DNA of 64,000 nucleotides from a virus. Taxonomy: Duplodnaviria > Heunggongvirae > Uroviricota > Caudoviricetes. The notes under the pieces are model-generated. The model ran no database searches, was not told where the DNA came from, and was given only the letters and a program-made list of their open reading frames with translations. The position numbers were made by a program, and so were the translations under genes. Each line of letters opens with the position of its first letter. Position 1 is the stretch's first letter. Shown here in pieces: positions 20,963 through 30,369 of this stretch. The stretch spans positions 15,486 through 79,485 of the IMG/VR virus record IMGVR_UViG_2740892219_000010; one strand, given 5' to 3'.

Positions 20963-21439
20963 TCATGCATGGTGGTCTTGCGCAGTGCGTATCACTGCTC
21001 CTCGCGTCGCTACCAGCGCCGCTATTGCTTCGTCAATTTCCTGAATAGTTAACTCTGGCGCGAAGTGGAGATGTACAGCGTTAATCGCTTCCACCCCTTC
21101 TTTTGCCGCCAGCGTTGCCAGCAAAACGGGATCGCCCGGCGACTCCAGACGTGCCCGCCGTTCTGCGGGTAGCACGGCTTTCATCACACTGGCCAGCACC
21201 TGAGTTTTTCGGCGCGCCGCCGTTGTCTCGCCACGTAACCAGCGAAAGATTTTCTGCCGATTGTTGTTGATGGCTCTCCAGTCCACGTTGCCGTCCGCGT
21301 CCTCAAATTCATGTAGTCTCAACTCATCATTGCGTCCCTGACTGAACCAGGCCCGGCAGATTTCAATCGTGACGAGTTCCTGCCCTGCCCTTGCCGCCCA
21401 GGTCAAAATCTCTTTTTGTAATTCCTCTTGGTTTTCCAT
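20963..21439 (-). CDS. CII-like / YdaT-like regulator
   Basis: 158 aa; NVDWRAINNNRQKIFRWLRGETTAARRKTQ resembles recalled Rac YdaT; follows the Cro-like gene. Confidence 0.5.
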   Translation of the reverse strand: MENQEELQKEILTWAARAGQELVTIEICRAWFSQGRNDELRLHEFEDADGNVDWRAINNNRQKIFRWLRGETTAARRKTQVLASVMKAVLPAERRARLESPGDPVLLATLAAKEGVEAINAVHLHFAPELTIQEIDEAIAALVATRGAVIRTAQDHHA

Positions 21440-21497
21440 AGCGTCTCCTGTCGCTAAAAATTGATTACGCTTAATCAGATTTGGGGCTCACCAACAG

Positions 21498-21728
21498 TTA
21501 AGCTGCTTCCGTTTTAGGCAAGCTGTCATCTGGGTTTGGGTAAAGATCCGGTCTAAGATCATGAGGGGTCACGCGCCATTCAAGAGCTTCAGATGTGCGC
21601 AAAACCTCTTCACCGGGAACCCGTCCTTTGAACCAGAGGCTTACCGTTTGTGGTTTTTTCCCTAATCGCCGCCCTAACTCGGATTGACTCATTACGGAAA
21701 GAATTTTGTCTTGCAGTTGTTTATCCAT
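21498..21728 (-). CDS. Cro-like HTH regulator (YdaS family)
   Basis: Start at ATG 21728 (MDKQLQ) preceded by RBS aaggag; HTH SQSELGRRLGKKPQTVSLW; divergent from the repressor. Confidence 0.6.
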   Translation of the reverse strand: MDKQLQDKILSVMSQSELGRRLGKKPQTVSLWFKGRVPGEEVLRTSEALEWRVTPHDLRPDLYPNPDDSLPKTEAA

Positions 21729-21753
21729 ATGGACTCCTTGTGTCCGCGTCATC

Positions 21754-21774
21754 ATTACAAACAATAACTGTAAT
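21754..21774. promoter_or_regulatory. Candidate operator palindrome in the immunity intergenic region
   Basis: ATTACA-N9-TGTAAT between the divergent Cro-like and repressor genes. Confidence 0.35.
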
Positions 21775-21811
21775 TACAAATTATATTTGCAATGCTCCCT
21801 ACAATTAAACC

Positions 21812-22240
21812 TTGTATCCTTACGGTATGAACACAAAAACGAAAAACATGGCTTTTGCTAGCCGACTACAACGGATTCTAAAAGACTTAGGCTGGTCTCA
21901 ATCTGAGTTAGCTCGCCATATTGGGGTTACGGCTCAATCAGTTCAGGCATGGTGTAATGGGGTAACTCCAAGAAAAGATAAATTAGACAAGCTAGCAAAA
22001 GTGACCGGATACCCTGTTCATTTTTTCTTCATGAATGAAGGGGAATATTTGGATGAATCCACACTACACCCGGGTAATTACAATCAAGAACTAACCCCGC
22101 AAGAACAGGCTCTACTGCAACTATTCAGAGGACTGCCTGAGAGCGAAAAAAATAAATTAATCAATGAGCTAAAAGAAAAAAGAGAGCACTTCGATCTACT
22201 GCTAAAAGAACTACTTGAAGCCAAAAACCAGACAAAATAG
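21812..22240 (+). CDS. Prophage repressor, HTH XRE family, no peptidase domain
   Basis: 142 aa; N-terminal HTH (LGWSQSELARHIGVTAQSVQAW), C-terminal coiled-coil-like tail. Confidence 0.65.
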   Translation: MYPYGMNTKTKNMAFASRLQRILKDLGWSQSELARHIGVTAQSVQAWCNGVTPRKDKLDKLAKVTGYPVHFFFMNEGEYLDESTLHPGNYNQELTPQEQALLQLFRGLPESEKNKLINELKEKREHFDLLLKELLEAKNQTK

Positions 22241-23251
22241 TTCAGTTCAAATTTCCAGGCCAGCCGCTGCTGGCATGCAACTTTCCCCTAACACAAAAAC
22301 ACCTTTACACAGTGAATATTTTTTTTGCCCCTCACTACAAATTATTTTTTAAAAACACATTGACCATTACAAATACAAATTGTAAAGTCACTTTCATCAA
22401 CAACGCTTACCCAGCGGCAGTTGTTCAGAAACAAGTTCTGACAGCCGGAAAGACGGCACCAAATTTTGCGCGTCGGCGCCAACACGGTGACAGAGGGAAA
22501 GACTTCACCGGCATATGGCACATGTGTCGAAGCGGTCTGGATGGAAGCGGAGCCTTAACGCGTTGTCTCCATAGCAGGTAGCCGGAATGTGCAAGCCACA
22601 GCCAGGTATGAGCGATTGATTCACCATCAAGGCGATACGGTGTGACCACCAGGGAAGAGTCCTGGCTACAACACGAGAGCGCACTTCATCGACTCAACTT
22701 TGAGCTTTGTCGTTAAATTTTGAAATGGCGGAGTGCGCTCCCGGTTGTGGTGAACAGGTGTTTAACGGGAACTCCCTGCCCGTTACCCGGTTCGATTCCG
22801 GGCGCCCATCATCAATTTGCTGTGTTTAGTCTTTGCCCAGTCCGCACGATGGGCCATTTTTTCACACAGCCAGGTTTTATCGCTGTGCCTGAGTCCCCAA
22901 CAGGAGAGGCCAAACCCGCAGCGTGACACCAGGGAAAGACCGGAGGAAGTACCACGCCTGACCAGCGTTGACCATGAGCCTGACCAGCTCAAAACAGGAA
23001 AGACCAGCCCGGGCCTGACCAGCCCTGTACGGTCGTAATGGAAACATAACGACGCCGGAAACGTAACCGGCACCCTTTAGATAGCAAAAGACCCGCACAA
23101 GGCGGGCCAGTTACCCCGAACGGCGACCAAACCATTCGGATTTATCACAAGTGACCAAACTTGTGATGAGGAAAGACCAACGACACTGACGCTATGGAAG
23201 CTGATCAATATTCGCTGATCGGCTCTGAGTATACATTACCAAGGAGTCGCT

Positions 23252-23572
23252 ATGGAAGCGCGCACCATCCCAGTAACACTCTTTATTCATTATGCAACTT
23301 CAACTTTCAGCCACGAAAAGCTGCTTGTTGCGACTGTTGATATGTCAAAAAATTTTCCAGACAGGTACATCCTTCTGGAAAGCCGCGAAATTGAAATTAC
23401 CGTTAACCAGCCCGAGCCAATCGACATCATCGGTTTACAGGTCGAGCAACTGCGTGAACAAAAACAGAAAACAGTCGCCGACGCCCAACAGCGTATTGCT
23501 GCTATCGATGACAAAATCCAGCAGTTACTTTGCATCGAATACACGCCAGATACCGATGAGCTCCCCTACTAA
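23252..23572 (+). CDS. Hypothetical protein, first gene of early-left operon
   Basis: 106 aa with RBS aaggag. Confidence 0.45.
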   Translation: MEARTIPVTLFIHYATSTFSHEKLLVATVDMSKNFPDRYILLESREIEITVNQPEPIDIIGLQVEQLREQKQKTVADAQQRIAAIDDKIQQLLCIEYTPDTDELPY

Positions 23573-23602
23573 AAACCACTGACCTGTAATGAGGAAAGAC
23601 CA

Positions 23603-25822
23603 ATGACCATTTTTAACGGCTTGTTAGAAGCGAAAAAAGGCGCGCTCAAAAACGGCGCGATCCCGGCGCTGGCCATCGCCATCGCCGCCCCTAACAAAAA
23701 AGTTGCCGAGAACATCATCATCGGCAAATTGTGGGAAGCCTACCCTGACCACGGCGACAACTATTTCAAACCTAAAATCTGGGAAGATGCCCCGGGCCAA
23801 CCGCGCCCAGGCGTCGGTGAGTTTGATGAGACGTTTGCCACAGAACACAGTTTTGATGGCGAAAAATGGGTAGTTAACACTCCTGTTGATTCAGATTGCA
23901 GTTCAGCAGATATCTCACAGGTTAGCGACCTGATGAAACTGCCGGCTCGTGAACGATTCGCCGCCGTTCTGCTGTTCAGCCACGACGCCAACGAAGTCGA
24001 CAGTGAATTGCTTGCGCAGACGCGTGAATACCTGGAGATGCTCGATAACAGTGATACTGACAGTGAGGATGAGGTTGACGCGTTTAACCGCATCGTTCTT
24101 GATGCCATGGTGGCGTGTAAGCCCATCGAGTACATGCATATTGCTGGATTGAATAATCTGGTACATGCAATTTTGGCAAGTTGCGATACCCAGGAACAAA
24201 ACCCGACCAGTTGGACTATCTCCAAATTTATAAAAAAATGGGTAGAGAATCCCGGTAAACGCGATGAAATGCTGCCGGAGATAAAACCAGAAACAGCATC
24301 CGCACGTCCTTACAAACAGACTCACGCCACTCTGGATCGTGAAATTGCCTGCGCCCTGTTACCTGTTGCCCCGGAAAAAATCACCCCCAGCATCCTGAAA
24401 GCGGCAGACGAAATAATCAGTCAGGACAGGGAAGATTTTAAACGCTGGTCAATGGCCTTGCGCACAACGGATCAGATCCTTGCCTATGACCGCGCATCAG
24501 TATTCGGTGTTATTCAGAGCGCCCCCGCAAAAGACACGTACCACTTCCCGCAATCCCTGCGCAATCACATCGATAACTGGCTGCAAGCTAACGGGCAGCG
24601 TGATGCAAATGCTGTTGAAGAGAAGCCAAAGGAAGCAGCACCAAAGGATGATGTAAAAGTCATCAACCACGGCGGCGGACGATTCTCAATTGATGGGATG
24701 ATGTCAGAAACACCCTCAAATCAGGGCGAAAAAAGCGAAACAGCAAATGCTGGAGAACGTAGTTTGCAGCAGTTGCGTGAGCAGTTTGTCACGCCTCGCC
24801 ATGTGTATGACGTACCTGAAAATAACGCCGTATCACAGAGGGAACCTGCAGCTATTACTACCCCGGCAGAAGAGACTCCTCCACAAGAACAACTTAGCGA
24901 GCAGGTAAAGGATCTGGTGCAGAACGTTGACGCGCTGGTTGAGCGGATCCATACCGAAGAGCACAAGCGGCAGAATGCAATCTCAGCTATCGAAACGGAG
25001 TTAAAGGACTCCGGCGACACGGATAACCTGGCATTGTGGAAGAACGTATTCAAAACCGATGAGCGCTTCACCAGTGCTTTCTCTCAGAACGGCGGCGGCA
25101 CATCCATCAACGGCACTTATATAGCGATGAAAGCGACTCGCGAATTTGGGCCGTTTGGTATTGGCTGGGGTGTAGAGGTGCTGGAGGAGCGCTTTGATAA
25201 AGGCGCACCGATAGTTCGTAAAAAACAGGTTGGTGAAAAAATAGAATGGGATCTGATTCAAGACGGTGTTGGCGGGTACCTATGTGAAATGCACCACACC
25301 ATGAAAGTGAGAGTCTGGTACATATTGAATGGGGTACGCGGTGAGTCCGAGGCTTACGGATGCACACCTTATATCTACGACACTAAATACGGACCAACAA
25401 GCGACGGCGAAGCGCCGAAGAAATCCTGGACGGATGCTGTTAAGAAAGCGCTATCCCCTCTCGGATTCAGCGCCGATATTTTCATGGGCCTGTACGACAA
25501 TCCGGAATACCGCCAGAGGAATAAAGCTGAGTTTGATATCAAGAATGCCAGCGAGAATGCGGAAGATGCTACCCGTCTGCGTAAGGAACTGGATGAGGAG
25601 CTTATCAACGTTGCCAATACGCTGGCCGCCGCGGTAACCACCAACGAAGTAAACAAGGTATTTGGCCTCATCGCCCGCGAAGTGGATGTACACAGGAAAG
25701 CAGCGGAAGCCAAAGGCGATAAAGAATATTCATCGTATCTGGGATCGCGCCTGCGCCGTATCACCGACATTAAAACTGAACGCCTCGCCGCCCTTACCGC
25801 TGCACAGGAGCAAACCGCATGA
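23603..25822 (+). CDS. Large protein with C-terminal Rad52/Sak/Erf-like single-strand annealing domain
   Basis: 739 aa; C-terminal motifs GTYIAMKATREFGPFGIGWGVEV and KKSWTDAVKKALSPLGFSADIFMGLYD resemble Rad52-family signatures; N-terminal ~480 aa unassigned. Confidence 0.5.
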   Translation: MTIFNGLLEAKKGALKNGAIPALAIAIAAPNKKVAENIIIGKLWEAYPDHGDNYFKPKIWEDAPGQPRPGVGEFDETFATEHSFDGEKWVVNTPVDSDCSSADISQVSDLMKLPARERFAAVLLFSHDANEVDSELLAQTREYLEMLDNSDTDSEDEVDAFNRIVLDAMVACKPIEYMHIAGLNNLVHAILASCDTQEQNPTSWTISKFIKKWVENPGKRDEMLPEIKPETASARPYKQTHATLDREIACALLPVAPEKITPSILKAADEIISQDREDFKRWSMALRTTDQILAYDRASVFGVIQSAPAKDTYHFPQSLRNHIDNWLQANGQRDANAVEEKPKEAAPKDDVKVINHGGGRFSIDGMMSETPSNQGEKSETANAGERSLQQLREQFVTPRHVYDVPENNAVSQREPAAITTPAEETPPQEQLSEQVKDLVQNVDALVERIHTEEHKRQNAISAIETELKDSGDTDNLALWKNVFKTDERFTSAFSQNGGGTSINGTYIAMKATREFGPFGIGWGVEVLEERFDKGAPIVRKKQVGEKIEWDLIQDGVGGYLCEMHHTMKVRVWYILNGVRGESEAYGCTPYIYDTKYGPTSDGEAPKKSWTDAVKKALSPLGFSADIFMGLYDNPEYRQRNKAEFDIKNASENAEDATRLRKELDEELINVANTLAAAVTTNEVNKVFGLIAREVDVHRKAAEAKGDKEYSSYLGSRLRRITDIKTERLAALTAAQEQTA

Positions 25823-26388
25823 GCACTGCTATCGCTATTGCAAAAGAATATGCCAGTCTGATTGACCTGTTAGAAACCTCCGACGAACTGACGCCAGAGA
25901 TGATCGCCGACACGCTTGAAGGTATGGAAGGAGAACTGGGAGACAAACTGGACGCCATGATGGTCATCTGCCGCAATTTACAGGGCAATGCCAATACCTG
26001 CGCTGAAGAAATGTCTCGCCTGGCTACCCGTAAGACGTCCTTTGAAGGCAAGGAAAAAGCAATTCGAAAGCATATGCTCGCCTGCCTGCAAGCTGCTGGC
26101 CTGGATAAACTGAAAACCGCAAAAAACACATTTACTGATGCACAGGGGGCTATCCGGGTAATTATTGATAACAAAGATAAGATCCCGGACGAGTATGAGG
26201 GTGTGTCACTTGTTGATGTAGAAACGGTTATTACACCAAACAAGCGAGCCATTAAAGAAGTGATTGAATCTGCGGAGGCGGTTGCCGCCGAAATACTGGC
26301 GCGTGGAGAAACACCACCAGCCGAGTTATTAAACCCGGTACCAGGCGCACATCTGGAACGCGGCGAACGGTCACTGAGGATACGCTAA
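25819..26388 (+). CDS. Hypothetical acidic protein
   Basis: 189 aa, ATGA-coupled to the 739-aa gene. Confidence 0.45.
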   Translation: MSTAIAIAKEYASLIDLLETSDELTPEMIADTLEGMEGELGDKLDAMMVICRNLQGNANTCAEEMSRLATRKTSFEGKEKAIRKHMLACLQAAGLDKLKTAKNTFTDAQGAIRVIIDNKDKIPDEYEGVSLVDVETVITPNKRAIKEVIESAEAVAAEILARGETPPAELLNPVPGAHLERGERSLRIR

Positions 26389-26570
26389 TGCTTAAACTCA
26401 CATTAAAGCGTGGTGACGCGGTTCACCTGGTACTTGCCGATGGTACCAATGGCATTATTGAAGCACGGAGCCGCTGCGAACTTGGGCTACACCTGCCAGA
26501 AAACATTAAGGTCACTCGGGAGAAATCGGCATTCCCCCCACCAGAACTGATTACGCCTAATCAGAAATAA
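26388..26570 (+). CDS. Hypothetical small protein
   Basis: 60 aa, start overlaps previous stop. Confidence 0.3.
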   Translation: MLKLTLKRGDAVHLVLADGTNGIIEARSRCELGLHLPENIKVTREKSAFPPPELITPNQK

Positions 26571-26619
26571 AAACTCACCATCGCTAGCATTGCGATTCAC
26601 CAGTAACCGGAGGATCACA

Positions 26620-26844
26620 ATGCTGCGATGGCAACCGGGAGCAACTCTGCTCTCCGCATTTGATATCAAAATTGGCCGACTGTCGGCCAGCGTCAGGAAA
26701 CAGACTTTGACCGAGTCTGATATTGCCCGTGCCTGCCATGTGGCAGATGACGCAATAAGCTACATAATGAGGAAAGACCATGAAAAGCGATCACGACATA
26801 ATCACCAGAGAAGAAATGGTCGAGCTGACGGGAAGCCCACTTAA
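26620..26844 (+). CDS. Hypothetical small protein
   Basis: ATG at 26620 with RBS ggagg (track ORF begins at an upstream TTG). Confidence 0.35.
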   Translation: MLRWQPGATLLSAFDIKIGRLSASVRKQTLTESDIARACHVADDAISYIMRKDHEKRSRHNHQRRNGRADGKPT

Positions 26845-27043
26845 ATCAAAGCAATGTGAGGCTCTTCGCCGGGCTGGAATTTTCTTCATGGAAAGGGCTG
26901 ACGGACACCCAAAAACAACCTGGGGCCATTTCATGAACCCAATAAAATTTCGCAATTTACAGGAGGTGACGACGCGAAAAGATGATGAACCTGATTTTGG
27001 AGCAATATTTAATGGCCGGAAAGAGAAAGAACCCAGCAGATAA
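26780..27043 (+). CDS. Putative excisionase-like protein
   Basis: 87 aa directly upstream of and overlapping the integrase. Confidence 0.4.
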   Translation: MKSDHDIITREEMVELTGSPLKSKQCEALRRAGIFFMERADGHPKTTWGHFMNPIKFRNLQEVTTRKDDEPDFGAIFNGRKEKEPSR

Positions 27044-28028
27044 CTGGATGCCGCCTCGTGTTTACCAGGGCAAAGCGGCCTACGAATTCAGGAATAAAGA
27101 TAACAAAGCGATACGCCTGTGCGCATTGGATGCACCACGATCAGCCGTATGGCTGGCATATGAAAAAGCGGTCGGTGACGAAAAAGAAAGAAATACTTTT
27201 CAGGCGCTCGCGGAACAATTCATGACCTCCCCTGATTTTATGGATTTGGCAGTCGAAACCAGGAAAGACTACACAAAATATTCCGGAAAAGTTCTGCCTG
27301 TCTTCGGGAAGATCGACCCGGATAAAATCAAACCTGAACATATTCGGCGCTATATGGATCAACGCGGTTTATCAAGCCGAACTCAGGCAAACAGGGAAAA
27401 AAGCTTTATGTCCCGGGTATTCCGTTGGGGTTATGAACGAGGTTATGTTCAGAGGAATCCTTGTCAGGGAGTTAAACAGTTTAAAGAGACAGCTCGCGAA
27501 CGTTATATTACGGATGAAGAATATCAGGCCGTTTATGAAGTGTCTCCTGACGTCGTTCGCGTGGCAATGGAGATTGCCTACTTATGCGTGGCCAGACAGA
27601 GTGATGTACTTTCATTGCAGAAAGACCAACTGTTCGATTCCGGGATCTACATTCGTCAGGGAAAAACCGGCGTTAAGCAAATCAAAGCCTGGTCGCCTCG
27701 TCTGCAGAAAGCGATAGCTCTGGCTCGTTCTCTGCCATTAAAAACGGGAATCAGTAGTCTGTTTGTGATTCATCAAACTACCGGTGGCAAGTACACCCGT
27801 GATGGTTTTAACTCTCGTTGGCGTGATGTCAAAGCTGCGGCACAGGAAAAATATCCTCATCTGCAAATAGACTTCACATTTCATGATCTGAAAGCAAAAG
27901 GTATCTCTGATCTGGAAGGCAGCCTGGAAGAGAAGCAAGCAATTTCCGGGCATAAGAACCCACGACAGACAGCAGCATATGACCGAAAAGTTAAAGTAGT
28001 GCCCGTAGTTGGTGGCCAGAGAAAATGA
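26982..28028 (+). CDS. int: Tyrosine integrase of the lambdoid prophage
   Basis: 348 aa tyrosine-recombinase-like C-terminal region; 3-prime end 60 bp from the att repeat. True start may be ATG at 27012. Confidence 0.8.
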   Translation: MMNLILEQYLMAGKRKNPADNWMPPRVYQGKAAYEFRNKDNKAIRLCALDAPRSAVWLAYEKAVGDEKERNTFQALAEQFMTSPDFMDLAVETRKDYTKYSGKVLPVFGKIDPDKIKPEHIRRYMDQRGLSSRTQANREKSFMSRVFRWGYERGYVQRNPCQGVKQFKETARERYITDEEYQAVYEVSPDVVRVAMEIAYLCVARQSDVLSLQKDQLFDSGIYIRQGKTGVKQIKAWSPRLQKAIALARSLPLKTGISSLFVIHQTTGGKYTRDGFNSRWRDVKAAAQEKYPHLQIDFTFHDLKAKGISDLEGSLEEKQAISGHKNPRQTAAYDRKVKVVPVVGGQRK

Positions 28029-28087
28029 ATGATGATGCGTCCAGAGAAAAATCATCTTCGGACGCATCTTCGGAAATGAGAAAGAAG

Positions 28088-28213
28088 ATACAAAAAAACC
28101 ACCCGAAGGTGGTTTCACGACACTGCTTATTGCTTTGATTTTATTCTTATCTTTCCCATGGTACCCGGAGCGGGACTTGAACCCGCACAGCGCGAACGCC
28201 GAGGGATTTTAAA
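28088..28213. repeat. att direct repeat copy 1 (126 bp): leuZ terminator plus last 55 nt of tRNA-Leu
   Basis: 125/126 identical to 62929-63054; lies between the two convergent integrase genes. Confidence 0.9.
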
Positions 28214-28319
28214 AACTATCAACCACCATTTATAAATCATAACCTTATGATTTTATTAACTTTGCAAATAGCTCTATACGATGCCATTTGAATCTATTGT
28301 CACTTTTTATCGCCACTTT

Positions 28320-29321
28320 TTACCCTCTATTGTCAAAAGGGTTCAATTCAACTGCAGCCTCTAAATGACCTGGAGCAAAATGCGCATAACGCATAGTCAT
28401 TTTTATATCGCTATGCCCCAGTATTTTTTGCAACACAAGAATATTTCCTCCCCGCATCATAAAATGACTGGCAAACGTGTGACGTAGCACATGAGTTAAT
28501 TGCCCATCAGGAAGCTCGATCTTCGCTCTCTTAATTGCAGCGTCAAAAGCCTCATAACATGGTGAAAATAACGCTCCTCGTTTTTTAGGAAGCATAGCCT
28601 GCAATTGAGGTGAAATCGGTACAGTGCGGTTCTTCTTTCCTTTAGTTTTAACAAATGTGATTCGACCGGGCAGCACTTGAGATTGCTTTAATCCTTCAGC
28701 TTCACTCCACCGAGCACCAGTCGCAAGCCCAATACGGACAACAACCCCCAAATCTTTATTCCGTGACTCATCACACGCAATCAGAAGGCGTTCAATCTCA
28801 TCTACATACAGAAACGCCAATTCCTTTTCTTCCTCACGAAACTTGCGAATGCCAGTCAGGGGGTTTTCACCAGACCACTCCCCAAGGCGCTTCAGTTCGG
28901 CAAAAACAGCATGTAGATATGACTGCTCGCGATTAACGGTTGCTTCACTAAGTTTTTTCTTCCCCTTGGGATTCCATTCTCCTGATAACCTCCTTTCCCG
29001 ATAAGTAGCAAACATATTTTTGTCAAACTGAGAAGCAAATGGATCTCCCAGCCTAGAACAAATAGACTCAAGTTTGACTTTGCGCTCTGCACCAGAGGAC
29101 AAGGTTTTACCGTACATCTCAAACCAACGAGCAACCAACTCAGAAAGACGAGGACCAGAACCATCTTGAAACTCGTCTCCAACTCTACTATTCATTAAAC
29201 GGCGCTCATAAGAGAGCGCCTCACTTTTTGTCGCAAACTGTTTACGAATACGTTTTCCCGATGCCCCGTAAGGATAACATTCGCAAAGCCATTTACCTGA
29301 TGGAATCTTACGAACCGACAT
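28320..29321 (-). CDS. int: P2-family tyrosine integrase
   Basis: 333 aa; C-terminal HxxR..Y-type catalytic region (VLRHTFASHF..MRYAHF); adjacent to att copy 1. Confidence 0.85.
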   Translation of the reverse strand: MSVRKIPSGKWLCECYPYGASGKRIRKQFATKSEALSYERRLMNSRVGDEFQDGSGPRLSELVARWFEMYGKTLSSGAERKVKLESICSRLGDPFASQFDKNMFATYRERRLSGEWNPKGKKKLSEATVNREQSYLHAVFAELKRLGEWSGENPLTGIRKFREEEKELAFLYVDEIERLLIACDESRNKDLGVVVRIGLATGARWSEAEGLKQSQVLPGRITFVKTKGKKNRTVPISPQLQAMLPKKRGALFSPCYEAFDAAIKRAKIELPDGQLTHVLRHTFASHFMMRGGNILVLQKILGHSDIKMTMRYAHFAPGHLEAAVELNPFDNRG

Positions 29322-29326
29322 TTTAG

Positions 29327-29674
29327 TTACTTATCACATAAATCAAATGCAGCCTTAGTGACATCTCCCAGATTCTTTTTTAACCCTGGGGCGGCATCAT
29401 TATCCAGCCAAAATGGATTATTGTTATCTAACGGTAACGCACCAAATGTTTTACCTTTTATTCGAGCCAAACCTGTAAGCGCATATAACTTATTATCGTC
29501 AAAATTCATCACATAAGGATTACCATCTAGACACTGTAACTGAACCTCATCAGTATTAAATGGCCATACCCCATTGAAACTCTCACGTTCAATATTTTTA
29601 AAAGGCATTGCGACGGCAGAAAAAGAAAACATAGATAAAAAAGTAACTAATAGTTGAACCTTTTTTACTTTCAT
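29327..29674 (-). CDS. Hypothetical secreted protein (cargo between int and repressor)
   Basis: 115 aa with N-terminal signal peptide; P2 has no gene here. Confidence 0.45.
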   Translation of the reverse strand: MKVKKVQLLVTFLSMFSFSAVAMPFKNIERESFNGVWPFNTDEVQLQCLDGNPYVMNFDDNKLYALTGLARIKGKTFGALPLDNNNPFWLDNDAAPGLKKNLGDVTKAAFDLCDK

Positions 29675-29703
29675 ACCATTACCTCAATTTAGCTCAAGTA
29701 AGA

Positions 29704-30354
29704 TTACAAATTAAAAAACATCCTAGAAATGGCACCACCTACCAAACCCCCTACGCAGATAAAGAATATTATTTCTTTTGGATAAAGTCGGATTAATTCT
29801 GAAGCACGAAGTCGGACTTCTGGTAAGGTCGAATTCTCTGTGTTGCTTGATACCGATTGTTGCTCTAACCACGACAATGCAGACTGCAACTGAGAACGAG
29901 TAAGATCGTTTAAACGTCCTGTACCGAAATTGATATGGCAATACCGCAGAAGTTTTTGTCGAAGTCCACAGTCTTCACTGTTACGTAGTAATAAACTTAC
30001 AAGAGCCTTACAGGCATCATGATCTTTACATCGCTCAAGCATTGCATGCAGAAAACTCTCCGCTGTTTTATATTGATTTACTGTCATATCATCAATACCA
30101 GCTACACCAATCTCCGCATGTACTTTTTGCCAAATAATAAACGCTTCAGTATTGCTAGCTTCTGCAATAGCAGCAACCAAGCTATTTAGCTCCTTACGCT
30201 GAGCCTTAAGCAAAGGGCGATCGTCATCATCATTATTCGAAGGGATTGCGATATTGACGGTATGAGAACCATCATATCGCCCTATCTGAATATTCTTTTC
30301 GTGAAAATCACGCCCAGCAACGCGATTGTTTGAACCGTTTGAGTTGACGGCCAT
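29704..30354 (-). CDS. Hypothetical protein with C-terminal TM helix (cargo)
   Basis: 216 aa; N-terminus NGSNNRVAGRDFHE echoes the C-terminus of the upstream repressor. Confidence 0.45.
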   Translation of the reverse strand: MAVNSNGSNNRVAGRDFHEKNIQIGRYDGSHTVNIAIPSNNDDDDRPLLKAQRKELNSLVAAIAEASNTEAFIIWQKVHAEIGVAGIDDMTVNQYKTAESFLHAMLERCKDHDACKALVSLLLRNSEDCGLRQKLLRYCHINFGTGRLNDLTRSQLQSALSWLEQQSVSSNTENSTLPEVRLRASELIRLYPKEIIFFICVGGLVGGAISRMFFNL

Positions 30355-30369
30355 GTCACCTCCCTACTA

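Noticed and set aside
22786-22810. tRNA gene at the T-arm-like motif
   Set aside because: No acceptor 5-prime strand, D-arm or standard anticodon arm could be paired; kept only as part of the ORF-poor region finding.
28160-28213. A second tRNA-Leu gene at the internal att copy
   Set aside because: Only the 3-prime 55 nt of the tRNA are present; upstream sequence diverges into phage DNA, so it is an att remnant.
28088-28213. The 126-bp repeat as an insertion-sequence terminal repeat
   Set aside because: It is a direct, not inverted, repeat, contains tRNA and chromosomal terminator sequence, and no transposase is present; it is an integrase att duplication.
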